Of a DNA stretch of 64,000 nt, positions 18,739-30,143 are shown one piece after another. The notes beneath the pieces are model-generated. The model searched no databases. It saw only the letters and a program-made list of their open reading frames with translations, and was not told the DNA's origin. The translations under genes were made by a program, and so were the position numbers. The stretch comes from an uncultured delta proteobacterium. Its GTDB lineage: Bacteria; Desulfobacterota; Desulfuromonadia; Geobacterales; DSM-12255. The number at the start of each line of letters is the position of its first letter. Positions within the stretch are counted from its first letter, which is position 1. Location of the stretch: NCBI GenBank assembly GCA_963787125.1, contig CAWBBV010000007.1:416001-480000 (forward strand), given 5' to 3'.

Positions 18739-19503
18739 ATGAGAAAATTCATAATGATTATGGCTTCAGTATTATTGGTATCAGCTGCAGCAGTAGTAGT
18801 AGCTGAAGACAAGGTGGCGGCAGTTGTTGAAGACAAGGTGACGGGAGATGTATATCTCAATCCGGCCAGCAAGTATGTCTTTCGAGGGCTTGACCTCAGT
18901 CAGAGTAGAGGGGTTATGCAGGGTGGGGTGGATGTCAGCTACAAGAATTTCACCGTTAGCTACTGGAGTAACGAACAAATGTTCAGCGGCTATGCTCCAG
19001 CATCCACCTTTAAAGCAGGTCAGACTACCGAGACCGATATTACATTGAATTACGCCTACACACCGGTTGAGGCTTTGACACTGAATGTTGGCAATACCTA
19101 CTACACCTTGAGCGGGGCACCCAATACGAATGAACTTTATCTGAAGGCAACATTAAACAAGCTCCTTTCGCCGACATTCGCTGTTTATTATGATTGGGAC
19201 AAGAACAGGAACACTGGACTTTTCTATACTGTCTCAGTCGGACATACGGTAGAACTGGCGAAGAACCTTGGTCTAAATGTGGGCGCCCTGGCAAGTTACA
19301 ACATGGAAAACCCTAGTGCATCGGTCGTTAAATATAATAACCTGGACAACTATGAACTGAGTGCCAGCGTTGATTATACAATTACGGACAAATTCAAAAT
19401 CACTCCCAATTATTTGTATTCGAACGCATTTAACTCAGCAGCGAGATTGGGTGGTGTCAAGGACCAGAGCATCGTCGGGCTTAAAGCAGCGTTTGTTTTC
19501 TGA
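18739..19503 (+). CDS. TorF-like putative outer-membrane porin
   Basis: Signal peptide, SKYVFRG.D, QGG.D, E.D...Y, ELY, C-terminal Phe; first gene before glnK-amtB. Confidence 0.75.
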   Translation: MRKFIMIMASVLLVSAAAVVVAEDKVAAVVEDKVTGDVYLNPASKYVFRGLDLSQSRGVMQGGVDVSYKNFTVSYWSNEQMFSGYAPASTFKAGQTTETDITLNYAYTPVEALTLNVGNTYYTLSGAPNTNELYLKATLNKLLSPTFAVYYDWDKNRNTGLFYTVSVGHTVELAKNLGLNVGALASYNMENPSASVVKYNNLDNYELSASVDYTITDKFKITPNYLYSNAFNSAARLGGVKDQSIVGLKAAFVF

Positions 19504-19536
19504 TCGGCAAACGGTTTAAGAATAAACGTGCTGTAA

Positions 19537-19893
<357 letters not shown>

Positions 19894-19948
19894 GGTGATC
19901 CGGTGAATCTGTGAATCCAATCAAATAATAAGTATCACGGAGGATAAT

Positions 19949-21412
19949 ATGAAGTTTAGAGGATTGATTATAAAAGTACTGTTGCTTTCGACCCTGTTGC
20001 TATTGCCCTTGCTGGCTACAGCTGAAGAGTCAAAATCACCGGCAGCTGCACCTGCTGCTGCGACCGAATTGACAGTACCTGCCGTTACGGCTCCGGCTGC
20101 CCTGGCTGCGCCGGCTGAGGCGCCAAAACCAAAGAATGTTGATCCGGTATTAAATACCGGAGATACCGCCTGGATGCTCATTTCCAGCGCACTGGTACTC
20201 TTCATGATCCCGGGACTCGCCTTTTTCTACGGCGGTATGGTGCGGCAGAAGAACGTTCTTTCCACCATGATGCACTCTTTTGTAGCCATGGGGATAGTCG
20301 GGGTGCAGTGGGCTGTAATCGGCTACTCGCTCTCTTTTGGCCCTGATGCATTTATGGGGCTGATCGGTAATACCAGTAAAGCGATGTTAAACGGGCTCAT
20401 CAGTTTTGCCAAAGACGGTTCTCCTGTTTATGCCCTTTTTCAGAATGTGCCGACCGAGCCGGGGGCGATCCCTGAATATGTCTTTGCAATGTTTCAAGGA
20501 ATGTTTGCTATCATCACCGTAGCTCTAATCTCAGGGGCACTTGCCGAGAGAGTCAAATTCTCAGCATACTGCATATTCGTACTGCTCTGGACAACACTGG
20601 TATATGATCCTCTTGCTCACTGGGTCTGGATGAGTGACGGCTGGCTTTTTAAAAAGGGTGCACTTGACTTTGCCGGTGGCACGGTTGTTCACCTCTCCTC
20701 AGGTATTTCAGCGCTTGCGGCACTCATGTTTCTGGGCAAGCGCCACGGATTTCCGACAGAAAGAATGGCGCCACACAGTCTTCCCCTGACCATGCTTGGG
20801 GTCGGGATGCTCTGGTTTGGCTGGTATGGATTTAATGCAGGCTCCGCCATTGTTGGTGCAAACTGCTCTGATGCAGCGGCAGGACTCGCAGGCCTGGCAT
20901 TTACGACTACCACCATCGCACCGGCCGCAGCCGGGTTATCTTGGATGATCGCCGAATGGGTTCATTCCGGCAAGCCCAGTGCACTCGGTTTCGGTTCAGG
21001 CGTTGTGGCCGGTCTTGTTGTAATTACACCTGCCGCTGGTTTTGTTCAGCCTGGAGCCGCCATAATTCTCGGACTGATTGCCGGCGTTGTCTGCTACGGA
21101 GCAGTTCTTCTCAAGGCAAAGCTTAAGTACGACGATTCGCTTGATGCCTTTGGTGTCCATGGGGTAGGCGGTACGACCGGCGCGATACTGACTGGTGTTT
21201 TTGCTACAGTCGGTGCCAAAGGACTTCTTGCCGGTGATGTGAAGCAGTTTGTAACTCAGTTGATCGCGGTCGGTGCGGCAGGAGCTTATGCTTTCGTGGT
21301 CACGATCATTATAGTGTTCCTGCTGAACAAAACGATCGGAATCAGGGTAGAGAAAGAGGATGAAATCATGGGCCTTGATCAAACACAGCACTCCGAGAGT
21401 GGTTATAATTAA
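19949..21412 (+). CDS. amtB: Ammonium transporter
   Basis: PGLAFFYGG, FQGMFA, DFAGGTVVH, LWFGWYGFNAGS, DD.LDAFGVHG, E..GLD...H.E..Y; signal peptide and Ala/Pro linker. Confidence 0.96.
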   Translation: MKFRGLIIKVLLLSTLLLLPLLATAEESKSPAAAPAAATELTVPAVTAPAALAAPAEAPKPKNVDPVLNTGDTAWMLISSALVLFMIPGLAFFYGGMVRQKNVLSTMMHSFVAMGIVGVQWAVIGYSLSFGPDAFMGLIGNTSKAMLNGLISFAKDGSPVYALFQNVPTEPGAIPEYVFAMFQGMFAIITVALISGALAERVKFSAYCIFVLLWTTLVYDPLAHWVWMSDGWLFKKGALDFAGGTVVHLSSGISALAALMFLGKRHGFPTERMAPHSLPLTMLGVGMLWFGWYGFNAGSAIVGANCSDAAAGLAGLAFTTTTIAPAAAGLSWMIAEWVHSGKPSALGFGSGVVAGLVVITPAAGFVQPGAAIILGLIAGVVCYGAVLLKAKLKYDDSLDAFGVHGVGGTTGAILTGVFATVGAKGLLAGDVKQFVTQLIAVGAAGAYAFVVTIIIVFLLNKTIGIRVEKEDEIMGLDQTQHSESGYN

Positions 21413-21441
21413 CTAGCAAGAGCTTATAGACTTATTAATGC

Positions 21442-21485
21442 AAAGGCCGAAGAGTCACGATAGTGAAGCTTCGGCCTTTACTTAT
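21442..21485 (+). terminator. Rho-independent terminator after amtB
   Basis: aaaggccgaag...cttcggccttt stem with inner tcac/gtga, T-rich tail. Confidence 0.7.
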
Positions 21486-21778
21486 GTCAGAGATATAAAA
21501 ATCAAGGTGCCGATTGCACCTTTAAAAATATTGGTGTAAGATTTCAAAAAAAAATGAGCTGCGCGCAGATAAGAACAACAGCGGTGAAATAACGGCGTCA
21601 GTGGCTGAATTCAGTGAAACTGCCGGACTTTTTCCCTTGCTATTTCCACGTTTGCCGAAGGTGCGTAACAGGCGACGCTCGGACAGATTTTAGCCCGCGT
21701 CTTTTTTTCTAATCTTTAGCTATCTTGCACAGACCTTAGCGTTCGCTAATCATTTTCTGTGGGTGTTAGTTGCTTAGA

Positions 21779-21794
21779 TGGCGATGGAATTGCA
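21779..21794 (+). promoter_or_regulatory. Candidate sigma54 promoter for the cytochrome genes
   Basis: TGGCGATGGAATTGCA = TGGC-N7-TTGCA (GG-N10-GC). Confidence 0.45.
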
Positions 21795-22053
21795 TACTTG
21801 TAAAGAGAGGGGCTATTTAACCGTTTTATGGCGTAGTAGTGTATGGCAGACTGCGAGCCCTTACTTAAGTAAAAAGTTGATTAAATTAAGTAGTTTAGAT
21901 CGGTTTCAGTTGTAAACGTTCAGTAAAAAAAACTGGCGGAAATGAAGCCTATCTAGCTATTTTTATTGATGTTTCACGGCATTCAGCTAATTAACGATTA
22001 AGATATCAGTGACAATATATTTGTACTCGTAACCGAGAGGGAGGTAATTGAAG

Positions 22054-25000
22054 ATGGGAAAATTACTCGTGAATAAAATCCGAGAGATAAATCCACTGGC
22101 AAAAAGGGGGACGTTGTTTTTACTGGCGCTCCTTGTCTCCTTCATAAGTATAATCGGCCCTAATACTGCCGAAGCCGCTATCAGTGTGCAGCAAGGCTTT
22201 GTAGCAGGCGCTACTGCATACAATGTAGGCAATACAACCGGTTTTTACAAAGGGACAACTTTTCCGGGGGCTGCTGTAGTCGGAACAATTGCGGTGGGCG
22301 CCGGTAATGACCGGCTGCTTGTTGTTGCGGTGACAACGGGACTATCGGCAGTTGCTACCCAGACCTGCACAGTGACTTACAATGCTGTGAGCATGACGCA
22401 GGCGACTGGCGACGGTGCAACATCTGCCCGGCAGCACTCCTATCTCTTTTATCTTCCTATGGGTTCTTCAGTCTCCGCAGGTGCAGCATACAGGCCGGTA
22501 GTCACTATAACCGGCGGAACTGCTCAGACTGCAGTTGTCACTTCAGCAGTTTATGCCGGTGTTGATCAGACAACGGTTATAAGGCAAGCCAAGAGTTATA
22601 ATGGCGGCACCAGTACAACAACAACAGTCGGGCCTTTTGCAGCGCCGCTGATGGCTATAACCGCCGGCGACAGAGCTGTTGAGGTGGTAAATCTGTACAG
22701 GACGACCAGCGCTACCCCGCGGACGATGACCACCTGGGCAGCCGGTTGGGCAGTAACTGCCGACATGGCTGGTACTTATGCCCCGTACACTCAGGCCAGC
22801 ATTACCACCACCTCTATGAATACTTATATTCGCAGTAATACAACAGTCACGGCCGGCACCAACTCCTCGCATATTTCCAATGGCACAGCGCGTAAATCTA
22901 TGCATGCGATGGTACTGATCCCGACAGGGGTTACGGTAAGCGCCGGTTCTGTTGTACCTAATCAGACGGTATATGCGGGTGATACTGCAAAAGTTGTTAA
23001 TGCCTTTACTCTGGCTGGTTCCGGACCGGTCACTGCGATTACAGTCACCGGTAATGCCAATACGACAGCAGCAAACATTGCGTCAATTAATATATACAGA
23101 AAAGTCGGCTCGAACCTGACAGCGCTTGAAGGCACAGACGTGCTGATCGGTACCGGCTCTTTCCCTTCGCCGGCAACAGTTACAGTAGCTGAGACTGTCT
23201 CTGCTACGACTAATTATATTATTGTCTACAATATTGCCGCTTCAGCCATCGCCAACGGCACTTCTATAACATTCACTGGTGCAGTAACTGCCCTTACTCC
23301 GGCGGCCGCTTCAATTGCCGATACCGGCGAGACACTGACTCTCTATCCGACCACGACTATAGAGACAGGTGTAGAACCACCGGCAGCCAGATTGTGGAAA
23401 TCAAGTGCTGCCACCAATATGGATGCATTTACGTTACAGCATAATGGCGCCGTTACCGATAATGATACTATCTCGCCGGTAACTGTAACCTTGATTCCTC
23501 AGTACATTTCAGGCGGCACCGGTGGCACGATCTCCAAAATAAAACTGATGGAGATTGTCAGCGCCGACGGTCTGACGGTTTATGGTTCTGCCACTGCCGC
23601 AGCAAACGGCGATATCTGGAATATCACGACGCCGGCATTAATTGCTGATTCTACCCTTAAAACATATTACGTGCGAGTATCGACAGCCGACGTAATTACA
23701 CCTTCGCTTAACGATACCTCCGGCACTCCTCAGGGTTATTACACTTTCACCGGGACGATAACTGCCGCAACTCATAACAAGGCGAACAATAAATTAGTTA
23801 TGGGCGACGGCACCAGCCAGACTCTGGAAATTGACCTTGAGAAACCGATTGGGCCGGCATCTGCAACTGCAACTACCGGCACAAGCGGCGGGCAAATTGA
23901 TCTAGTCTGGGATGCTGCTTCTGATTACAGTGGTGGTTCGCTTGACGCAACAGCTCCATTCGTTGTTCGTCGCGATTTCGTAGATCCTGACCCCGGCTGC
24001 AAAAGCGGCACGGCAGTTACACTTACTCCTGCAAATCAAGCTTCTCATAGCATGACCGATACAGGACTGATTGACACGACCCCTACCAGGTATTACTACC
24101 GGGTATGCGCCATGGATGCACTAGGCAATATCAGTGACGGCGCATCGTCATTTGCAAATGCAATGGTAACCAGTGTTTGCAATATACCACCTTCTGTTAC
24201 TCTTGCGTACGAAGACGGGTCTACAACAGCGACTATGCAGTTGATTAAATCGGATACTACAAGTGCTCCATTTAGATTGCAGATAGCAAACAATGACATT
24301 GGTACCTGTCCTGATGTTGCTTTCACCGTCAGCCTGGCAAATGTTGTCGGAAATGATAGTCATTTCACGAAAACTATTGGTGGTCTGTCCTTCCCGGGCC
24401 TGATCACATTAGGTACCGGTGGTGCCGGCGCAAGTACAGGAAAGGCCTTACTTGTACAAGTTTCCGGGATTGAAGCTGCCGGTGCGCAACAACTTGAGAA
24501 GTATACATTCGGAGTTACTGTTACTTCGCCGGGTAACAGTCATGGCGCTGCTATCACGACTCCATCAGTAACCGGTCTCTTGAACGACATGCCCCCGATT
24601 GTTCACAATAGCGCTAACATGGCCAAATACCAGTATGGCAGTTGGGGCCAAACATATACCTGTGCTACTTGTCACTCAAACAGCACAACCAATATCAAGG
24701 GTATTTATCAGATCATCTCTACTCCAATCGGCAGAAGAAATGTTGTTTTTAATAAAACATCATCTGTTGATGCTGACTGGGACGGAGTTTACGGCAATGA
24801 CAAGCGTGCAAATAAGGACGTTTCCAACAGTGTCTGCGAAGTGTGTCATCACCAGACCAGGCAGCACCAGTATAGTGCCAGTAAACCCTTAGCCGGCCCA
24901 GGTGCTAATGAAACATACAATCCTGATCACCACAACAGTCGTGATTGCGTAAAATGCCATACTCATAACACAGCCTTCCGCTCGATATATGGACTTTGTG

Positions 25001-28000
25001 GTGACTGCCACGGTTTCAAGGCAACAGGTTACTCGCCTGTTGACAGAAGTACCATGGTTAAGGATCTTACCAATGCCCTTGGGCCTAATCCGCCGAACTA
25101 CGGCGCTCACGCAAGGCATAATCAGGCAAAGATTACCTGTTCTGCATGTCATAGCAATACCAATCATGGCTTGGCTACAACCGCCTGGTCCGGCAATAAC
25201 TTTCTCGAAATCGACTTTAATACCAGTAAAGACTCCTACACCGGATTCAACCCCAACGCCAGTATCGTCGGTGGTACCTTTGCCGGCACAAATAACCTCA
25301 ACCAGCCTTTCAAATGGTCGTCGAATCTGTCCACAGTCATTACTGCCAGTCCTGATTATAATGCTTCCTGTACCAACTACTGCCACGGAGCCTGGTTAAA
25401 CAACACCGGTTCGAACACAAATCCAATCTGGGTTGGTGGTCCCGCGCAGGCTGCCTGCGGTACCTGCCATAATGCCTCTGCTGAAGTTCCTCCCCAGTCC
25501 GGCAGCCACTTGAAACATGCCTTAAACTCTGGGATCGGTCTTGGTATAGCCTGTAACAAATGCCATGGCAGCTACTCTAACTATAGTACCAGTAACGCTC
25601 ATATCAATGGCAACGTCGAGTGGAATTTGTCGGTTTATCCTGGCGCAACCTACAACGGTGTAGCAGCTGGTTCTACCGGTGCTCAGGCACCAACAGCCAA
25701 CGCCAATTACGGAACATGCAGCACGCTCTACTGCCACAGTAAAGTTCAGGGGGCTGGGGGTGTAGGAAACCCAAGCACATACGCTTCTCCTAAATGGGGT
25801 GACCCAACAACAGCAACTTGCGGCTCATGCCACGCTGCTAATCCGAATAACTCCGGTTCACACTTGAACCATGAGAATGCAGAAGTTGCTTTTGACTGCC
25901 ACGATTGCCATAGCAACGGTGGTACTACCACAGCTCTGAATCACGGTAATGGCAAAATTGATTTCAAGTTCGTTGGCCTTGCTTCAAATACAAAATACAT
26001 GAGTGTTACAACTGCCAGTGGCGGGTTTGTAACACCTGGTTCCGGTTACGGTGTCTGTTCAAGCAGTAACTGTCACGGCCGTTTCAACCGCGCCTGGGGT
26101 ACACCATCTTCCGGTTTGACACTTTGTGAAAAGTGCCACGGCTCAGCAAACTCATCCGTCGGCTTTTATAACACCAGAGGCCCGTTAGGGACACTCAGCG
26201 TCTACTCAGCCGGCGTTGGTGTTCATGATATTCACATCCAGAACCCTAATTCACCAAGAAAAGCGACTTTTGCACGCTTCACATCTTACGCAGCCGGTTA
26301 CAGTTGCAGGCAGTGTCATAATGTGCCGACCGGGCCGTTTACTGCCGGTCATATTGATACACCACTACCTGCTGAAGTTCCTTTCAGTCATGTCAGCTCG
26401 ATAGCCAACAAAGCCAGCACCTTTGGCTACATGTCCACTGCAACTTTTAACAATGCCACAAAAGCTTGTAGTAATGTCTACTGCCACGGTGCAGGGATGA
26501 ACTCCAACAGGAGCACTGGCAAGTATGTTGGCGCTGCTCCGACATTTGTCAAACAGGACCCAAGCTGGAATACACCTTATCTGACCGGTAACAGCGCAAC
26601 AGATTGCACCAAGTGTCACTCATATCCGCCACCGGCGCCTGATCCTACCTATACCCACTTTGGCGCAACTCTGGCTGATTGTGAAACCTGCCATCAGCAT
26701 CTGACTCCGGGCGGACTTGGGTTCAAGAATAAAAAACTGCACGTTGACGGTAAAGTTGATGGTGGCTGTGACTCTTGCCACGGTTATCCGCCGGTCAATA
26801 ATGTTGTCGGTGCTCCGGGCGGACTGGCAACACCGGCGCAAAACGCGCTTGCCGGCGGAGCAGGAGCTCACAATGCCCATATGCTGCTTCCGCAGCTGGC
26901 TGCCGACAAATGCAAGGCCTGTCATAACGGTTATACAACCGACCCAATGGGTAACACCAAACTGGAAATGGGCTTTAACGGGCTTGGCGGTCTGGTGACA
27001 ACCGGTACCTTTACCGGTTATACCAATAGCGTTAACGGGCCAAAATGGCAGATACCATCAAACAGTGCCGGGACTGTGATGGTCAAGTCTAACGTCCAGG
27101 CTGCTGTCTGCTCCAACGTTTACTGCCACGGTGGTGGGTCGTCATCTTCGCCGGTAGTCCGGCCAGCATTGGGTGGCGGAGCTAATACCACTCCAAACTG
27201 GGAAGTCCCTGCCGTCTGCGGCGACTGCCACGGCATTGACGCTGCCAGCGCACCAAGCGGCGGTTCACACCCAAGGCACGCCGTCACAATCTCATCACTT
27301 GTCTGTGACTCCTGTCATGGTGTTACTGCTGTCAACGGCACTCACGTTAACGCCTCAGTCAGCTGGCACCTTGATAGTACACTCATGGGTGCAAATGCCA
27401 CCTACAACGGGATGTCATCCGGATCGCTCCCGGGTCTGGCCCCCCGCGGAAATGTTACAGCCGGCGACGATTACAGAACCTGTAATAATGTTTATTGTCA
27501 CAGTACCATTCAGAGCGGAAACGGCACGGGCGTTCCCACCTACAAGTCGCCACGCTGGGGCACAGATAACGGCACACTCGGCTGTAACGGCTGCCATGCA
27601 AACATGGCGACGGATGCTGTCAATGCAACCGGCAGCCATGTGAAACATGCAAATACCACCTCAGGCATGGGCGTTTCCTGCGGCTACTGTCACCAGGATG
27701 GTGGCGACGGTACGCAGCAGCATGCGGACGGTTCTGTTTTCATAAACTTTACCAGCTATATTGGCGGCACCTACAATGTCAGCGGTGGTACCGCTTTCCT
27801 TACCGGTATTCAGAAGGTCTCCCGTTCGGCTGCCTACAGCACCTGTTCCACCACCTTCTGTCATGGAACAAACCCTTCACCGCAGTGGGGTGTAGCAGGC
27901 ACAAACTGCCAGACCTGTCACTCCGCCAGCGCTGATAAAACACTCAGCCCCGGCTGGTCAGGTCGTCACACTACCCACTATAACTACTCGACTGCGCCGG

Positions 28001-30081
28001 GCACCTACAATGAAACTCTTCTCGATCAGAGCAGCGTTAACAAGTACAGGTTCAACTGTAATCATTGTCACGATACCGACTCCACCAAACACAGTCTCAA
28101 GCCTGCATCTGCAGACAGTGCCGCCCGTATTTTCTTCGGTGCGTCATCAGCAACACCTGCAACAAGCAGCAAACGTGGTATCTATGCAGCCGGAACACCG
28201 ATTGTCGCAACTGACAACGGCTTTAAATTTACATCAGGTTCGTGCAGCACCAGTTACTGTCACTCCAACGGCCGTGGCGGTGCACCTAAGCAAGCGTTCC
28301 TTAACTGGACAACACGTCCATCAGCCGCAGGTGTAAACTGCACCTTCTGTCACGATGGCAAGTCAGCAACTGCAACTCCTTCAACCCTGAGCCCAAGACA
28401 CGACAAGCATATGAATCCACTTGCCACGAACTCGCTTCTGGGTGTTGGTAGTGGTTACAACTGCGTTGACTGCCACGCACAGGTAATTACTAATATAAAC
28501 AACATCTCTATAGCTAACAAGAAACTGCACGTTAATACGACCCTTAACTACTCAGGTGCAAGGGCGTTCAAGTCCGGTTACACTGTCGGCACAGGCAGTT
28601 GTACAACTTACTGCCACTCCAACGGTAACAAGAATGCGACCGGTACGCCTGTCTTCGTCAGTATGACCGGCAGCAAGCGCTGGACCGATGTCGGCACTAT
28701 CACCACCTGTAACAAGTGCCATGGTCGCAGCAACGCCTACGGCTATCCAGATTACGCCAATGGTGGAGCTAATAACGTCAACTCGAACCTGCATTTCGGT
28801 CACATGTCGAGTTTGAGAAGTACTACAGCTTGTTCGGATTGTCACCGTAAGACAGTTGATACGCTGGTAGCTAACAAATTTAGACCATACTCATCACTGC
28901 ACATAAGTGGCGGCGCAAATGTTAACTTCAACAGCGCCAAGGCTTATATCGGTACCAAGGCAACTGTCGTCACAGCCGGCAACCAGGTAACCTGCAGCAC
29001 GGTAGTATGTCATGGACAGGGTGCTCCTGTCTGGGGTGCTTCCACGACTGTTGGCCAGTGTCAGAAGTGCCACGGTTCAAAAGCAACAGCCTTTGGAACC
29101 TTCTCCTCACCACAGGTTGCTCCAGGCTTCGGTACTGACGGTACTGATACCTCCATGGTCAACAAACTGCCGACAGATCCACGAGTCGGCGCGCACCAGC
29201 GACACCTCACCTCCAGTGCCATTTCAGCGCCGATCAAGTGCGGTGAGTGTCACGTAACAGTTACCAGTATCCGATCTGCAAATCATTGGAACTACTCAAC
29301 GGCTACACTGACGTTTGCCGGCAGAGCTGTCCTTAATTCACATTCACCATCTGTATCGCGTACAGCTGGTGTCATGCAGTGTAGCAATGTTTATTGCCAC
29401 ACACTCACAAACAGTACCGGCACTGTTACTGCGCCGTTCTGGAATATGACCGGTATGGTTAAGGAGACCGGAACAACAGTCGCTGAATGTACCAAGTGTC
29501 ACGCCATGCCGCCTCCATCTACGACACACACTGGTAAACTCATCAGCAATTATTCATCGGTTTCGAAGATTTACAGTGTTTGCGGTACATGCCATTACAC
29601 GCTGAGCACCACAGCAACCACTGTTGCCAATGCGTTTACCGATAAAAAGACTCATATTAACGGCGTAGTTGAAGTAATTCTGGTCTGTAACGGTTGCCAC
29701 GACTACGATACAACCAGCAGTGGAACAGCTTGGGGTAAATCAAATTACGGTAGCTTCAATGAAAGTAATGGTGCCCACGTCAAGCATATTGAGTTCTTGA
29801 AATCGCGTAACCCTGGTATGATTCTTGATCCAAATAATGACACTTTTGGCGGCGCGACTTTCTTGGCTATATGCGGGCAATGTCACTCGAGCAACGGCGT
29901 CGCGGATCACAAAACGGATTTGAGTGTGAATTCGCGTAACATCTCCTTGACTGGGCGCGGTTTTGGTCAGGTTAATGGAACTTACAATGGTAACAGCGGT
30001 ACATCGTCTTCAGTTAATCCGAAGTCATGTTCAAATACTGACTGTCATTATAAAACCTCGCCAATCTGGTCTACCTACTAA
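22054..30081 (+). CDS. Giant secreted multiheme c-type cytochrome (Geobacter CxxxxCH/CxxCH type), about 43 heme-type motifs
   Basis: Signal peptide (AEA); about 870-aa heme-free N-terminus with an FN3-like segment; manual count 31 CxxCH, 10 CxxxxCH, 2 CxxxCH; GGAGG spacing favours the ATG at 22054. Confidence 0.92.
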   Translation: MGKLLVNKIREINPLAKRGTLFLLALLVSFISIIGPNTAEAAISVQQGFVAGATAYNVGNTTGFYKGTTFPGAAVVGTIAVGAGNDRLLVVAVTTGLSAVATQTCTVTYNAVSMTQATGDGATSARQHSYLFYLPMGSSVSAGAAYRPVVTITGGTAQTAVVTSAVYAGVDQTTVIRQAKSYNGGTSTTTTVGPFAAPLMAITAGDRAVEVVNLYRTTSATPRTMTTWAAGWAVTADMAGTYAPYTQASITTTSMNTYIRSNTTVTAGTNSSHISNGTARKSMHAMVLIPTGVTVSAGSVVPNQTVYAGDTAKVVNAFTLAGSGPVTAITVTGNANTTAANIASINIYRKVGSNLTALEGTDVLIGTGSFPSPATVTVAETVSATTNYIIVYNIAASAIANGTSITFTGAVTALTPAAASIADTGETLTLYPTTTIETGVEPPAARLWKSSAATNMDAFTLQHNGAVTDNDTISPVTVTLIPQYISGGTGGTISKIKLMEIVSADGLTVYGSATAAANGDIWNITTPALIADSTLKTYYVRVSTADVITPSLNDTSGTPQGYYTFTGTITAATHNKANNKLVMGDGTSQTLEIDLEKPIGPASATATTGTSGGQIDLVWDAASDYSGGSLDATAPFVVRRDFVDPDPGCKSGTAVTLTPANQASHSMTDTGLIDTTPTRYYYRVCAMDALGNISDGASSFANAMVTSVCNIPPSVTLAYEDGSTTATMQLIKSDTTSAPFRLQIANNDIGTCPDVAFTVSLANVVGNDSHFTKTIGGLSFPGLITLGTGGAGASTGKALLVQVSGIEAAGAQQLEKYTFGVTVTSPGNSHGAAITTPSVTGLLNDMPPIVHNSANMAKYQYGSWGQTYTCATCHSNSTTNIKGIYQIISTPIGRRNVVFNKTSSVDADWDGVYGNDKRANKDVSNSVCEVCHHQTRQHQYSASKPLAGPGANETYNPDHHNSRDCVKCHTHNTAFRSIYGLCGDCHGFKATGYSPVDRSTMVKDLTNALGPNPPNYGAHARHNQAKITCSACHSNTNHGLATTAWSGNNFLEIDFNTSKDSYTGFNPNASIVGGTFAGTNNLNQPFKWSSNLSTVITASPDYNASCTNYCHGAWLNNTGSNTNPIWVGGPAQAACGTCHNASAEVPPQSGSHLKHALNSGIGLGIACNKCHGSYSNYSTSNAHINGNVEWNLSVYPGATYNGVAAGSTGAQAPTANANYGTCSTLYCHSKVQGAGGVGNPSTYASPKWGDPTTATCGSCHAANPNNSGSHLNHENAEVAFDCHDCHSNGGTTTALNHGNGKIDFKFVGLASNTKYMSVTTASGGFVTPGSGYGVCSSSNCHGRFNRAWGTPSSGLTLCEKCHGSANSSVGFYNTRGPLGTLSVYSAGVGVHDIHIQNPNSPRKATFARFTSYAAGYSCRQCHNVPTGPFTAGHIDTPLPAEVPFSHVSSIANKASTFGYMSTATFNNATKACSNVYCHGAGMNSNRSTGKYVGAAPTFVKQDPSWNTPYLTGNSATDCTKCHSYPPPAPDPTYTHFGATLADCETCHQHLTPGGLGFKNKKLHVDGKVDGGCDSCHGYPPVNNVVGAPGGLATPAQNALAGGAGAHNAHMLLPQLAADKCKACHNGYTTDPMGNTKLEMGFNGLGGLVTTGTFTGYTNSVNGPKWQIPSNSAGTVMVKSNVQAAVCSNVYCHGGGSSSSPVVRPALGGGANTTPNWEVPAVCGDCHGIDAASAPSGGSHPRHAVTISSLVCDSCHGVTAVNGTHVNASVSWHLDSTLMGANATYNGMSSGSLPGLAPRGNVTAGDDYRTCNNVYCHSTIQSGNGTGVPTYKSPRWGTDNGTLGCNGCHANMATDAVNATGSHVKHANTTSGMGVSCGYCHQDGGDGTQQHADGSVFINFTSYIGGTYNVSGGTAFLTGIQKVSRSAAYSTCSTTFCHGTNPSPQWGVAGTNCQTCHSASADKTLSPGWSGRHTTHYNYSTAPGTYNETLLDQSSVNKYRFNCNHCHDTDSTKHSLKPASADSAARIFFGASSATPATSSKRGIYAAGTPIVATDNGFKFTSGSCSTSYCHSNGRGGAPKQAFLNWTTRPSAAGVNCTFCHDGKSATATPSTLSPRHDKHMNPLATNSLLGVGSGYNCVDCHAQVITNINNISIANKKLHVNTTLNYSGARAFKSGYTVGTGSCTTYCHSNGNKNATGTPVFVSMTGSKRWTDVGTITTCNKCHGRSNAYGYPDYANGGANNVNSNLHFGHMSSLRSTTACSDCHRKTVDTLVANKFRPYSSLHISGGANVNFNSAKAYIGTKATVVTAGNQVTCSTVVCHGQGAPVWGASTTVGQCQKCHGSKATAFGTFSSPQVAPGFGTDGTDTSMVNKLPTDPRVGAHQRHLTSSAISAPIKCGECHVTVTSIRSANHWNYSTATLTFAGRAVLNSHSPSVSRTAGVMQCSNVYCHTLTNSTGTVTAPFWNMTGMVKETGTTVAECTKCHAMPPPSTTHTGKLISNYSSVSKIYSVCGTCHYTLSTTATTVANAFTDKKTHINGVVEVILVCNGCHDYDTTSSGTAWGKSNYGSFNESNGAHVKHIEFLKSRNPGMILDPNNDTFGGATFLAICGQCHSSNGVADHKTDLSVNSRNISLTGRGFGQVNGTYNGNSGTSSSVNPKSCSNTDCHYKTSPIWSTY

Positions 30082-30143
30082 TCGGGGGGAGCGCAAAGAT
30101 GAGACTTTACTTAATGAATGAATATATTCACAGGAGATTTACA

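Noticed and set aside
18802..18840. Short duplication encoding AEDKVAAVVEDKV in the porin N-terminus
   Set aside because: A small in-frame repeat in a flexible segment; no evidence of function
21486..22053. c-di-GMP-I/cGAMP (GEMM) riboswitch upstream of the cytochromes
   Set aside because: Could not find the GGCAAACC...GAAA...GACGCAAA core by eye; an Rfam scan would settle it
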